From Lachnospiraceae bacterium (lineage in GTDB: Bacteria > Bacillota > Clostridia > Lachnospirales > Lachnospiraceae), in NCBI GenBank assembly GCA_003979345.1, contig RYVZ01000019.1, positions 499-64,498 of the forward strand: a stretch of DNA of 64,000 nt, written 5' to 3'. Position 1 is the first letter of the stretch, and each line of letters begins with the position of its first letter. Shown one piece after another: positions 38,024-48,222 of the stretch. The translations under genes and the position numbers were made by a program. The notes under the pieces are model-generated. The model did no database searches, had not been told where the DNA came from, and worked only from the letters and a program-made list of their open reading frames with translations.

Positions 38024-39556
38024 TTACGCTTCGCGATGCACGTCTGCCTCATCCGTCGCCGGCATCATATCCGGTATCTGTTTCGCTGCCTCGCTCTTAA
38101 AGCGCGCAACTTCTTTGGCCGCAGCCGGAATCGCGATATTGGTTCCCGCGCCCGCTACACAGCCGCCCGGACACGCCATGCCTTCTATCAGGCATCCGTT
38201 CTTTTTTCCCGCCTTGGCAAGCATCAGCATCTTCTTGCACTCAGTCAGACTCTCAGCATGCTCGATATGCACCTCCGTGTCAGGATAATATTCTCTGATG
38301 CAGCTTTCTATCGCTGACGCGACGCCTCCGGCAACACCATATCCACGCCCTGCCCCGGTCGCGTCGTCCATATGGTCTGCCGCCTCAATTTCCTCTAAAA
38401 GCAGTCCCTTAGCCTCAAACATCCCCGCAAGCTCTTCAAACGTAATGACAAAGTCCACATCGGAACGAATGGTCCTGCGGGATGCCTCCAGTTTTTTGGA
38501 CGCGCAGGGTCCAATAAACACAACTCCGGCGTCGGGATGGTCTTCCTTTATTTTGCGTGCCGTAGCCACCATCGGCGTCAGCTCATTCGAAATACTTCCG
38601 ATCGTTTCAGGGAAAAACTTCTTTGCCAGCATCGACCATGACGGACAGCAGGAAGTCAGCAGAAACGGCAGTTCTCCGGTTGCAACCTTTTCCACATAGT
38701 GATGTGCTTCCGCCATCGCTCCCATATCAGCACCGATTGCGGTCTCATATACATCGTAAAAACCAAGCTGTTTCAGCGCAGTCTTAAACTGGTCGGGCGA
38801 TACGTTCACACCAAACTGTCCCGCAAAGGACGGTGCAACCTGGGCGATGATCTTTCTTCCCGACTGCAGCGCGCGGATCAGCTGAAAGATTTGTGATTTA
38901 TCCGCGATCGCCCCGAATGGACAGTTCACCATGCACTGGCCGCAGGAAACGCATTTCTCACTGTCAATGCATGCACGGTTCTTTTCATCGCTTTTGATCG
39001 CGCCGACACCGCATGCCGCCGCACAAGGTCTCACTTGATGCGTGATCGCGTCATAAGGACAGACCGCCTTACATTTACCACAATGAATACATTTCTCCTG
39101 ATCGATATAAGATTTCCCGTTTACCATGGAGATTGCGCCGCGAGGACATACTTCGCGGCATGGATGCGCAAGACACCCCATACATCTGTCCGTTACAAAA
39201 TATTGATTCTCAGGACAGGCATTGCACGCAGACGGAATAACCTGCAGGAGCGGCGGTTCATAAAATTTCTCCGTAATATCGCTCTCTTCAACACCCTGGC
39301 TGACATGCACCGGCTGATTTTCCGGCCGAAGTGACATTCCCATTGCAAGGCGCATCCGCTCCCTGACAACAGCACGTTCCCGGTATACGCTCTCCCAATA
39401 AGGAGATTCGTCACTGTTGACAAGCTTGTAGGGCAGCGCCTCCATATCATCCAACAGGTTCGTCGAAGTATATGCAAGATTTGCAATCTCCTTAAATACG
39501 CGTCGTCTGACTTTTCTGACTTCTGTATCAATTCCTCTCATACAGCCAGGTCCCAT
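38024..39556 (-). CDS. [FeFe]-hydrogenase-like protein with N-terminal 4Fe-4S ferredoxin domains
   Basis: Several CxxCxxCxxxCP ferredoxin motifs. H-cluster-like motifs are TSCCPSW, GPCASKK and MACPGGCVAGAG. Confidence 0.8.
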   Translation of the reverse strand: MGPGCMRGIDTEVRKVRRRVFKEIANLAYTSTNLLDDMEALPYKLVNSDESPYWESVYRERAVVRERMRLAMGMSLRPENQPVHVSQGVEESDITEKFYEPPLLQVIPSACNACPENQYFVTDRCMGCLAHPCREVCPRGAISMVNGKSYIDQEKCIHCGKCKAVCPYDAITHQVRPCAAACGVGAIKSDEKNRACIDSEKCVSCGQCMVNCPFGAIADKSQIFQLIRALQSGRKIIAQVAPSFAGQFGVNVSPDQFKTALKQLGFYDVYETAIGADMGAMAEAHHYVEKVATGELPFLLTSCCPSWSMLAKKFFPETIGSISNELTPMVATARKIKEDHPDAGVVFIGPCASKKLEASRRTIRSDVDFVITFEELAGMFEAKGLLLEEIEAADHMDDATGAGRGYGVAGGVASAIESCIREYYPDTEVHIEHAESLTECKKMLMLAKAGKKNGCLIEGMACPGGCVAGAGTNIAIPAAAKEVARFKSEAAKQIPDMMPATDEADVHREA

Positions 39557-39636
39557 TCCTTTCTACTCTCCGCAGGCATACACAGATATGTGCCTGTCGA
39601 CGCATTTATTTTGACACAAAATTAACAATAAGTCAA

Positions 39637-39662
39637 CAGCCCCATCACTTACGATGGGGCTG
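39637..39662 (-). terminator. terminator after the cotJ operon
   Basis: CAGCCCCATC-N6-GATGGGGCTG 10-bp stem, 40 nt beyond the cotJC stop, followed by a T-rich tract. Confidence 0.6.
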
Positions 39663-39701
39663 CGTTCCATAGAAAAGGTCATATTTATTCTTTTTACCTG
39701 A

Positions 39702-40304
39702 TCATTTGCAGCGATCAAATCCGGGATTGTATTGATAGAAATTTTTCGGATCGAGCGAATCCTGCGTCATGCGCAGTGCTTCACCGAATCGCTGAAAATG
39801 ATTGATCTCGCGCTGCCGTAAGAACCGGATCGGATCAATGATATCCGGGTCATCGATCAGGCGCAGAATATTTTCGTAGGTTACACGTGCTTTTTGCTCT
39901 GCCGCCATATTTTCCACCAGATCGGCAACTGCATCGCCTTTCGATTGGAATTCACAGGCATTAAAAGGAATTCCCCCCGCCGCCTGCGGCCACACTCCGA
40001 CAGTATGATCCGTATAGTAAGGCGCAAATCCGGACGATTCGATCTCTTCCATCGACAGATCGCGGGTCAGCTGGTGAACGATCGCGCCAATCATTTCAAA
40101 ATGTGCAAGCTCCTCCGTACCAATGTCCGTCAGTACGCCTGCAACCCTGCGGTCCGGCATGGCAAAACGCTGGGACAGATAACGCATGGATGCACTCAGC
40201 TCCCCGTCCGGCCCGCCGTACTGGCTGATAATGACCTGCGCTGCTTTCGCATCCGTTTTTTTGATGTTGACCGGGTACTCCAGTCTTCTCTCATAACTCC
40301 ACAT
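39702..40304 (-). CDS. cotJC: spore coat protein CotJC (manganese catalase family)
   Basis: The N-terminus MWSYERRLEYPV...YGGPDGELSASMRYLSQRF closely parallels CotJC. Di-metal ligand pattern E..H is present. The start overlaps the cotJB stop (TAATG). Confidence 0.9.
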   Translation of the reverse strand: MWSYERRLEYPVNIKKTDAKAAQVIISQYGGPDGELSASMRYLSQRFAMPDRRVAGVLTDIGTEELAHFEMIGAIVHQLTRDLSMEEIESSGFAPYYTDHTVGVWPQAAGGIPFNACEFQSKGDAVADLVENMAAEQKARVTYENILRLIDDPDIIDPIRFLRQREINHFQRFGEALRMTQDSLDPKNFYQYNPGFDRCK

Positions 40305-40588
40305 TACGCACATCCCCCTTCCCACGGCAGAGGCATCTTTGCCCAATCCCATGCGGTGCCGTACATATCAACATCAGACAGACAGAGCGGCCCGTATTTT
40401 ACCGCGTATTCTCTTCTCAGGCTGTTTAAGAGCTTCTGATAATGTCTTACAAAATCAAGGGCTTTCCTATCGTCAGGATGCGTATCCGTATATAGAGTCA
40501 TGTCAATGACTGTAAAGCAAAGAATATCAATATCGTGCAGCATCTCGCACTGTTCTTTTGTCATTGTGATCTGGCAGTCACAGCTCAT
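40304..40588 (-). CDS. cotJB: spore coat protein CotJB
   Basis: ~94 aa. It matches the CotJB-type sequence L..I..L.F...D..LYLDTHP.D..AL..Y and lies between cotJA and cotJC. Confidence 0.85.
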   Translation of the reverse strand: MSCDCQITMTKEQCEMLHDIDILCFTVIDMTLYTDTHPDDRKALDFVRHYQKLLNSLRREYAVKYGPLCLSDVDMYGTAWDWAKMPLPWEGGCA

Positions 40589-40797
40589 CGTACGCACCTC
40601 CTTCCTGTAAACGGCATACATAATTCAGGAAAGATGGTTCCGTTACACAGACCATCCTCAAGATGCTCATAGGTAATGGCGTTCTTCTGCCACGGCACAT
40701 ATGCCATACCGATCGGGAACTGATTTACACCATCGCGGCTCTCATCAAAAGGGCATTCTTGCATGAAAAAATCTTCTCTCACGTCATATTCCTGCAT
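40585..40797 (-). CDS. cotJA: spore coat-associated protein CotJA
   Basis: Family signature MAYVPWQ...GTIFPEL..PF. Start uncertain because no clear RBS is present. Confidence 0.8.
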   Translation of the reverse strand: MQEYDVREDFFMQECPFDESRDGVNQFPIGMAYVPWQKNAITYEHLEDGLCNGTIFPELCMPFTGRRCVR

Positions 40798-40872
40798 ATA
40801 ATAGTTATTACTGTACTATATGCCGGTTTCTGCTTTGAAGTGCCAAAAAGAGTTTCGCTGGCGCGAAACTCT

Positions 40873-41742
40873 TTATCTGCCCTCACCCATAAAGAACAAT
40901 GCAACCGTTCCCGGTCCTGAATGCGCCCCGATCGTCGGTCCAATGTGATTCATCATAATATTTTCTATGCCAAATCGATTTTTTATCTCGTCTGCAACAA
41001 ACTGTGCGTCCCCCAGACAGTCCCCATGACTGATCAGCACAATATCATTTTGATCCCTGTAACTTCCCATTCTTTTTTCCATATAATCAACAAGCGCATG
41101 CAGTGATTTCTTTCTGCCGCGTACTTTGGCAATCGGAATGAGATGTCCTTCTTCATCTACATGAAGAATCGGCTTGATATTGATCATCGTGCCCAATACG
41201 GCTGAAGTTTTACTCACACGCCCGCCCCGGTAAAGATGATTTAAGTCATCAACGGTAAAGACATGTGTAAAGTTCATGACATGCTCTTCGATGTAACGGG
41301 CAGTCTCTTCAAACGATTTTCCCTGCTTTTGAAGCTGTACGGCGCGGTAAACGACCAATCCCTCCCCCATGGACGCGGCAAGCGTATCGATCACCTTGAT
41401 CTCAATATCCGGATTCTCCTCCATCATCTCACGCGCAACCAGATTCGCATTTCCGCAGCTCCCGCTTAAGCCGGATGAAAAGGAAAGATAGAGCAGCTTG
41501 TTCGTCTCTTTCAGATATTCGGTAAACTTCTCCCGAAACGTCTCAGGATTGACCTGTGATGTGGATGGCATACTGCCCTCCCTTACTTTTCCATAAAACG
41601 TCTTATAATCCAAATCGTTTTCTTCTGAATACGTTTGTCCATTCAACGTGTAATTAAAAAAGAATAAGCCCAAATGATTTTCTTCAATAAAACTTTTCGG
41701 CAGATCTGCCGTCGTATTGGTAATGATCTTATAATCTGACAT
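40873..41742 (-). CDS. DegV-family fatty-acid-binding protein
   Basis: The N-terminus YKIITNTTADLP and the core LSSGLSGS are typical of DegV. Confidence 0.9.
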   Translation of the reverse strand: MSDYKIITNTTADLPKSFIEENHLGLFFFNYTLNGQTYSEENDLDYKTFYGKVREGSMPSTSQVNPETFREKFTEYLKETNKLLYLSFSSGLSGSCGNANLVAREMMEENPDIEIKVIDTLAASMGEGLVVYRAVQLQKQGKSFEETARYIEEHVMNFTHVFTVDDLNHLYRGGRVSKTSAVLGTMINIKPILHVDEEGHLIPIAKVRGRKKSLHALVDYMEKRMGSYRDQNDIVLISHGDCLGDAQFVADEIKNRFGIENIMMNHIGPTIGAHSGPGTVALFFMGEGR

Positions 41743-41962
41743 GTTGTCCCCCATTTCCGTCATGAAAGGCATTATCCCTTTCACGCGCTGCCCCTTACGG
41801 CATTTTCATTTTAACAGCACCATCTTTATCTTAATCATCATAACAAAAAGCATTGAAAAAATCAATCGACGTTTCGTGGTACCAGATTGACTTCCTGTTT
41901 GACGACAGCAGATTGGACAAAAACATAACAGCATTATGATTTCAAATAAAAAAGCCGTTACA

Positions 41963-42002
41963 AAAATCGGGACGCTGCCTGTCAAAGCCGCTTCCCGATT
42001 TT
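41963..42002 (-). terminator. terminator after the germination-protein gene
   Basis: AAAATCGGGA / TCCCGATTTT 10-bp stem with a 20-nt loop, followed by a T-run on the minus strand. Confidence 0.55.
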
Positions 42003-42064
42003 TTCAATTGTCCGCCGTATACTGCGCTTATCTACGCCGTAATTCCGCCGGTCCCGGCGTCTGC

Positions 42065-43483
42065 CTAACTGTTACTTTTCAGCCTCCGCCTCGTCAGCCG
42101 TCGTTTCAGTGCCTTGGGACTGAATGGAAGAAGCGGATACAGATAGCAGCGTCCCGCAAATGTCTTATTTGTCGCAAGCAGAATGATCGTCAGCGCTACG
42201 CCGATGATATAGCCCGGCAGATCAAACAGCGCTGTCAGGATCAGCGTCATAATACGCATAAACTTCATGGCATAATCCAGCTCATAATTGGACTGCGTAT
42301 AGTTTGCGATCGCTACAAACGCCATATATAGAATGACCTCGGAATTGAACCATCCCGATTCCACGGAAAACTCCCCGAGCACAAGACCTGCCATCACACT
42401 TAACGGCGTACTTAACATGGACGGTGTATGCACCGCCGCCAGCCTGAGACCGTCTATGGCAAGCTCCAATATCAGAAACTGCCAGAAGATCGGAATGTTC
42501 GCGTTCTCTTTCATCTGAATAAACGCAAAGGTCTCCGGTATCCAGTCAGGATGTTCCATCAGCAGCATATAAGTGGGCGTCAGCAAGAAGGTAAAGATCG
42601 CAATGATCCATCTGGTCAGTCTCAAATACGTTCCCGTGATCGGTGGAAAATAATAATCGTCCGCATCTTCCATCAGGTCAAAAATGGTAGCCGGAAAGAT
42701 GATCGCAGACGGAGAATTATCTACAAGTACGATAATATTTCCTTCAAGAATCTGTGAAGACGCCGTATCAGGCCGCTCGGTAAAACGGAATTTCGGAAAC
42801 GGATTCACCCAGCTGTGATGATACAGACATTCCGCAAGACTTTCCTGATTCATGGTCAGCGCATCTACCTGTATTTCCGAGATGCGCGTGCGGATTTTGT
42901 TGAGGAGTTTTTTGTCCACGCGGGAATTCATATAGCAAAGAACAATGTCCGTACGTGAAGATTCTCCTGCCGTACACATCTCCATACATAGGTCTGTACT
43001 GCGGATTCGTCGTCTGATCAGAGCCGTATTGAATACGATCGTCTCCACAAAACCGTCTTTGGAACCGCGCAACGCTTTATCCTTCTCCGGTTCACCGACG
43101 TCCCTCGCCGGATAAGTACGCGAATCGATCAGAATCGCCTTATCATAACCATCAATGAATAACGCGAACACACCGCTTAAGATCATCGTCTCGATCTTCT
43201 GCTTATCATCCGACAAGTCGGCCTCGACATAGGGCATTTTTTCTTTCATCATTCCCCATGCATCGGCGGGAAGCTCGTCTTCTTTGATATCCAGAAAGTA
43301 TTGCAACATCTTCTGCATCATTTCATCTTTACAGAAGCCGTCTATAAAGAAAAAGATCGCGTCCCTGCCGCCGATCTTGATCGTCCGGTAGAGCACGTCA
43401 AAGCTCACACCTACTCCCAGCTTCTTTTTGAAATATAAAATGTTTTCATTCACATTCGTACTGATCTTACCGTTATCGGGCAT
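42065..43483 (-). CDS. GerA-family spore germination protein (GerAA/SpoVAF-like), orphan
   Basis: 472 aa with the motif PFPKFRFTERPD...LEGNIIVLVDNSPSAIIFPATIFD and a C-terminal TM block. Confidence 0.85.
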   Translation of the reverse strand: MPDNGKISTNVNENILYFKKKLGVGVSFDVLYRTIKIGGRDAIFFFIDGFCKDEMMQKMLQYFLDIKEDELPADAWGMMKEKMPYVEADLSDDKQKIETMILSGVFALFIDGYDKAILIDSRTYPARDVGEPEKDKALRGSKDGFVETIVFNTALIRRRIRSTDLCMEMCTAGESSRTDIVLCYMNSRVDKKLLNKIRTRISEIQVDALTMNQESLAECLYHHSWVNPFPKFRFTERPDTASSQILEGNIIVLVDNSPSAIIFPATIFDLMEDADDYYFPPITGTYLRLTRWIIAIFTFLLTPTYMLLMEHPDWIPETFAFIQMKENANIPIFWQFLILELAIDGLRLAAVHTPSMLSTPLSVMAGLVLGEFSVESGWFNSEVILYMAFVAIANYTQSNYELDYAMKFMRIMTLILTALFDLPGYIIGVALTIILLATNKTFAGRCYLYPLLPFSPKALKRRLTRRRLKSNS

Positions 43484-43611
43484 AAAAAAAGCCTCCTTCC
43501 CGCATGCCTGCGCACCAATGCCGCAGACATTCCTTCCCCAAAATTTCTAACAAAACTTTTTCTTTTTAGGAAAGAATTGCCATCAAAGAAGCCTTTTATA
43601 CCATTATTCTA

Positions 43612-44046
43612 TTAAGATTTTCCAGTTGTTCCAAAGCCTCCGCGATCCGTACCGGTCAGATGTTCAACCACATCAAAGCAGATCTTCGGCTGATTCTCCA
43701 TAATGCGAAACTGACAGATCCGGTCATTGACATGAATCTTTGTGTCGCGCACCGCGTATGCCGGCATATACCATTGATCATTGTCGCCGCAGTAGCTGCC
43801 GTCTACAACACCCTGATGATTCGTCTGAATGATGCCGAAATTCTTAAACGTCGAACTGCGCGGAACGATATGCGCCTCATAGCCGTCGGGCAGCTTCATT
43901 GCCACACCGAGCGGTATCAACTGAAATTCCCCTGCTTTCATGTTCACATCCGCTGCCGCACGAAGATCGATCCAGTCTGATTTTCCGTCAATATAATCCA
44001 GTTTTTCGATTGCATCCGTAAAATATTTGATCTTAATTGTCTGCAT
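43612..44046 (-). CDS. dut: dUTP diphosphatase
   Basis: 144 aa. Motifs IVPRSS and [12 protein letters not shown], plus a C-terminal GGFGTTG-like motif ([10 protein letters not shown]). Confidence 0.85.
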   Translation of the reverse strand: MQTIKIKYFTDAIEKLDYIDGKSDWIDLRAAADVNMKAGEFQLIPLGVAMKLPDGYEAHIVPRSSTFKNFGIIQTNHQGVVDGSYCGDNDQWYMPAYAVRDTKIHVNDRICQFRIMENQPKICFDVVEHLTGTDRGGFGTTGKS

Positions 44047-44127
44047 AGATCCTCCACATTATCATCCATGAAGTTTTCCGCTCCAGCGGATTTCGCCCCC
44101 ACAAAAAGAGCTGCTCCATAAACTTTT

Positions 44128-44637
44128 TTATCTGTAATTTCCGCAATACAGAACCGGCCGTTCGGCGTTCCCCGACCGCAGCGTTGCCTGCACATTGATC
44201 ACACGCTGATTACTGCTCCCCTTCCATAGTAGTTTTGCGTCCTTTTTATCGACCTGAAACTCCCCGTCCACCAGCACGTCAAGCTGCGCAACGACCGAGT
44301 CCTGATACAGGTTTTCCCATACCTCGCCGGTATAGAGCCAGACTGTTTTCTGCGGATAGCGCTCTTTGATCTCTTTGATCAGGTTTCTCACATCGGCTTT
44401 ATTTGCCGGATGAAGCGGATCCCCGCCCGAAATTGTAATTCCCGCTATATATGGCTTATCAAGCGCTTCAAACAGTTCCTGCTTTGCCTTTTCGTCAAAC
44501 GGCAATCCGCCGTTCGGATCCCATGTCATTGGATTCTGGCATTCCTTACAGCAATGATCGCAGCCCGCGACCCATAGTACAACGCGCAGCCCGTCTCCGT
44601 TTAACATATCGTCTTTCGTAATATTATGATACCTCAT
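44128..44637 (-). CDS. nrdG: anaerobic ribonucleoside-triphosphate reductase activating protein (radical SAM)
   Basis: The GCDHCCKECQN cluster and GGDP motif, immediately downstream of nrdD. Confidence 0.9.
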   Translation of the reverse strand: MRYHNITKDDMLNGDGLRVVLWVAGCDHCCKECQNPMTWDPNGGLPFDEKAKQELFEALDKPYIAGITISGGDPLHPANKADVRNLIKEIKERYPQKTVWLYTGEVWENLYQDSVVAQLDVLVDGEFQVDKKDAKLLWKGSSNQRVINVQATLRSGNAERPVLYCGNYR

Positions 44638-44654
44638 AATCCTGTGGTCTCCTG

Positions 44655-46844
44655 CTACATGCTTTTTCTATCTTTGATTTCAGCCATTTTCGGGTCATTT
44701 AAGCGGCTGTCCCCATGTACGCGGGAATACGCAAGATACCCGTTCATCCGGTCGATCTTCGTCAGATTCCGGCTTCCGCAGACCGGGCATACATCCATGT
44801 CAAGCTCCTCGTGTCCGCAATCGTCACAGTAAGAAAGAGACAGATTCACACCCTCATAAAGTCCCATATCCATAGCTCTGCGGATCAGCGTTTTGATCGC
44901 CTCCACATTATAGTCGATCGGATATTTGACATACTGGATCTTTCCACCGTTGGACAACTCCCAAAAACGATATTCCAGATCTTGTTTTTCGATTGGCGTA
45001 ATGTCCTCTGACACATGACAATGAAAACTGTTGCTGACATATTCTCTGTCCGATACGCCCTCGATGATCCCATATTTCGCACGGAACTGTTTTATTTGCA
45101 GGCCGCACAGATTCTCCGCCGGCGTTCCGTAGATTGCATAGAGGTTTCCGTCCGCCTCCTTAAACTCATTGATCTTTTGATTGATATGTTCTAATACTTC
45201 CAGTGCAAACTGCCCGTCCTCGACGAGGGATTTCCCATTATAGAGCATCTGCAGCTCATTAAATGCCGTTATGCCAAAGCTTGCGGTCGCTGATTTGAGC
45301 AGCGGCTTGATCTTATCCCTAAGTCCGAGATGACCACCTAAGAAGCCGCCCTCGCAGTAGGCGAGCGGATTCGTCGAGGCACGCATTTCTCCCAGATATG
45401 CATAAGTTCTGATATGAAGCTGCCGGATCAGATTCAGATAATAATCAAGCACCTCATAGAAATCCCTGCTCTCCTGTCTTGCTTTCGCAAGGATCATTGG
45501 CAGATGCAGTGAAACGGCACCGACATTAAAACGCCCCACAAACACAGGCACATCCTTCTCATCCGCCGGATACATGCCGCCCCGCTCATACCAGGGCGAT
45601 AAAAATGCACGGCATCCCATCGGAGAAATGACTTTTCCATATTGCTTATACATGCTTGCGACATAGCCTTTTCCTGTCAGGCTCAGCCAGTCCGGATACA
45701 TCGTCTTGGACGAACAGCGCACACCAGCCTCAAACACATCCTCAAGCTCTTTTCCGCGTCCGTGCAGATTCTCATCATATAAAAAAACGATTTTAGGGAA
45801 CAGAACCGGCTTTTTGCATTCCTTTTTTCCCTGTCCTCCGCGTCTCACATCCAGCAGCGTGATCGTTGCCATTTTTTCAAACGGTTTCCTGCCGAGTCCC
45901 GCGGTGACAGTGATAAACGGGTAATCTCCCCTGCTGCTTGCAACCGTGTTAAACTTATATTCCCATCCCTGAAATCCCTGCTCAAATTCACGACTTAAGT
46001 CCTTTAACGCTTCCTCCTCAGCCCGCTCATTTGCAATACCGAGCGCCGTATATTTTTCCACATATTTCTCATAGGATTTCTCCGCATAGGGCGCTAAGAT
46101 CTTATCAACCTCCGGTACCGTAAAACCACCATACTGCTGACTTGCCGCACTTAAGACGATATCACCGATCACATCAAACGCAACATCCAGTGTCTTCGGC
46201 TCGTTATACCAAATATTGCCCATCTCAAAGCCGCCCTTTAACACGCTTGCAACGTCAAACAGGCAGCAGTTCATCGTATCCCGTCTGGCGCTCATATCAT
46301 GCACATAGAGATACCCGTCACGGCATGCCTGGATCTCCTCTGTCGTCATAAAAAATTTCTGATATAATTCTTTATTGAACTGATTAAAGATCAGACTCCG
46401 CTTCGTCGATACAAGCGCGGAATCCGTGTTGGCATTCTCCTTGTCCCCGACATACATGATGGACTGGCTCTTTTTATACACATCGTCCATCATGCGCACA
46501 AAATCCTGTTTATAATTGCGATAATCACGGTAGCTTTTTGCAACAATGGGCTTGACCTGCTCCAAAGCGCTCTCCACGATATTATGCATAACGGGAATCG
46601 GAATTAGATCCTTGTCGATCTCATCCACCTTATCGACGACATACTGGCAGATCTGCCGGTTCTCTTCCTCTGAAAATTTGGTCAGCGCGCGATATGCCGA
46701 TTTGCCGACGGCATCAATGACTTTCTGAACATTAAACGCTTCCGTGCTGCCGTCTTTCTTGATGACTTTCACGCTTCTTTTTGTTGTAAAAAGAGAACGG
46801 TAATCGATCTTAGCCTGCTCCTGCGTCTCATTGGTACTGCTCAT
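44655..46844 (-). CDS. nrdD: anaerobic ribonucleoside-triphosphate reductase
   Basis: N-terminal ATP-cone (VIKKDGSTEAFNVQKV), C-terminal Zn ribbon CDDCGHE...CPVCGS and glycyl-radical motif RMNGYL. RBS GGGAGGAAAG precedes the ATG at 46844. The listed ORF extends spuriously to 47012. Confidence 0.95.
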   Translation of the reverse strand: MSSTNETQEQAKIDYRSLFTTKRSVKVIKKDGSTEAFNVQKVIDAVGKSAYRALTKFSEEENRQICQYVVDKVDEIDKDLIPIPVMHNIVESALEQVKPIVAKSYRDYRNYKQDFVRMMDDVYKKSQSIMYVGDKENANTDSALVSTKRSLIFNQFNKELYQKFFMTTEEIQACRDGYLYVHDMSARRDTMNCCLFDVASVLKGGFEMGNIWYNEPKTLDVAFDVIGDIVLSAASQQYGGFTVPEVDKILAPYAEKSYEKYVEKYTALGIANERAEEEALKDLSREFEQGFQGWEYKFNTVASSRGDYPFITVTAGLGRKPFEKMATITLLDVRRGGQGKKECKKPVLFPKIVFLYDENLHGRGKELEDVFEAGVRCSSKTMYPDWLSLTGKGYVASMYKQYGKVISPMGCRAFLSPWYERGGMYPADEKDVPVFVGRFNVGAVSLHLPMILAKARQESRDFYEVLDYYLNLIRQLHIRTYAYLGEMRASTNPLAYCEGGFLGGHLGLRDKIKPLLKSATASFGITAFNELQMLYNGKSLVEDGQFALEVLEHINQKINEFKEADGNLYAIYGTPAENLCGLQIKQFRAKYGIIEGVSDREYVSNSFHCHVSEDITPIEKQDLEYRFWELSNGGKIQYVKYPIDYNVEAIKTLIRRAMDMGLYEGVNLSLSYCDDCGHEELDMDVCPVCGSRNLTKIDRMNGYLAYSRVHGDSRLNDPKMAEIKDRKSM

Positions 46845-46959
46845 GTACTCTTTCCTCCCAACCCCCGTTTGAAAAACACCGTCAATATTGTCCTGTTGCC
46901 TGTGACTGCCGCTTTCGTTCTTCACATAGTACCATTCATTGATGTTTCTATCAAAAGCA

Positions 46960-48192
46960 CTATATCTTGTTGTCACAACAACAAGTATATACAACTTCTT
47001 CCACTGTGTCAACGGATACTTTCTTCAAAATCCCGCTCCCATCAATCGCTTTCACTGCCTCATTGATCTGCTCCACCGGCAGCACAAGTGCAAAACGCAC
47101 ATGTCCTTTGCCAAGCGGACCAAAACTGCTTCCCGGCGTACACAGGACGCCCGTCTTTTCCATCAGTTTCATGACAAACGCCGTATCGTCATCTCCGAAA
47201 TGCGCAGGGATTTTCCCCCATGCAAACATTGTCCCCTCACTGTCGGGTATATCCCAGCCGATCCCCCTCAGTCCCCCGCAGAGCGCATCCCTCCGCTTCT
47301 GATACTCCATGCACTGCTCCTTTACCATCCCGTCAGGACCGGTCAGCGCCGCAATCGCACCATATTGGACCGGCAGAAACGTACCATAATCAATCTGACT
47401 GCGCAGGCGCTTAAAACTTTGCACGATCTCTGCATTTCCTGTCAGAAAGCTTACCCTGGCTCCCGTATAATTAAATGACTTGGACAGCGAGTAAAATTCG
47501 ACTGCCACTTCCTTTGCGCCTTCGTAAGAAAGAATCGATCGTCCCGGCCTGCCGTCATAAATAATGTCGGAATAGGCATTGTCATGCACAAGGATGATAT
47601 TATGCTTTTTCGCCCATGCGATAACCTCTTCATAAAAGCTCTCCGGCGCGCACTTGCAGACAGGATTGAGCGGATAAGAAATCATCATAAATTTCGTCCG
47701 CTCAAGTACTTCCTCCGGAATCGTTGCCAGATCCGGCAGATATCCGTTCTCTTCGATCAGATCATAGGTGACGGTCTTTGCTCCGCATAATTCCGGCCCG
47801 ATGGAAAAAATCTGATATCCGGGATTCGGTACAAGAACGATATCCCCCGGATCACAGAGCGGTAACGCAATATGTGTGATTCCCTCCTGCGAACCGTAAA
47901 CGGATGTGATCTCATCATCGGAAAGCATCACGCCGTAGCGGTTACGAAATCTTGTTTTTACAGCCTCGATCAGCTCCGGCAGATCGCGGAGTGCATATTT
48001 ATAATTCTCCGGCTTTTTTGCCGCCGTGACAACTGCGTCCATGATATGCTGCGGCACCGGAAAGTCCGGCGTTCCCACTGATAAATTATAGACTTTGCGG
48101 CCTGCCTTCTCCAGTTCAAAGCGCTTCTCGTTCAACACTTGAAAGATTCCTTCCGCGAAGCTGTCCATTCTTTTTGCTAATTTGATTTCCAT
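46960..48192 (-). CDS. class I/II PLP-dependent aminotransferase (LL-DAP/aspartate aminotransferase-like)
   Basis: PLP lysine motif SLSKSFNYTGARV, NPGYQ and the N.P.NP pattern. Confidence 0.88.
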   Translation of the reverse strand: MEIKLAKRMDSFAEGIFQVLNEKRFELEKAGRKVYNLSVGTPDFPVPQHIMDAVVTAAKKPENYKYALRDLPELIEAVKTRFRNRYGVMLSDDEITSVYGSQEGITHIALPLCDPGDIVLVPNPGYQIFSIGPELCGAKTVTYDLIEENGYLPDLATIPEEVLERTKFMMISYPLNPVCKCAPESFYEEVIAWAKKHNIILVHDNAYSDIIYDGRPGRSILSYEGAKEVAVEFYSLSKSFNYTGARVSFLTGNAEIVQSFKRLRSQIDYGTFLPVQYGAIAALTGPDGMVKEQCMEYQKRRDALCGGLRGIGWDIPDSEGTMFAWGKIPAHFGDDDTAFVMKLMEKTGVLCTPGSSFGPLGKGHVRFALVLPVEQINEAVKAIDGSGILKKVSVDTVEEVVYTCCCDNKI

Positions 48193-48222
48193 ATCTGATC
48201 CCTCTCTTCGTTATGTCCTATG

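Noticed and set aside
41936-42331. Plus-strand 131-aa ORF
   Set aside because: It starts inside a terminator hairpin, lies antisense to the well-supported GerA-family gene, and has no RBS.
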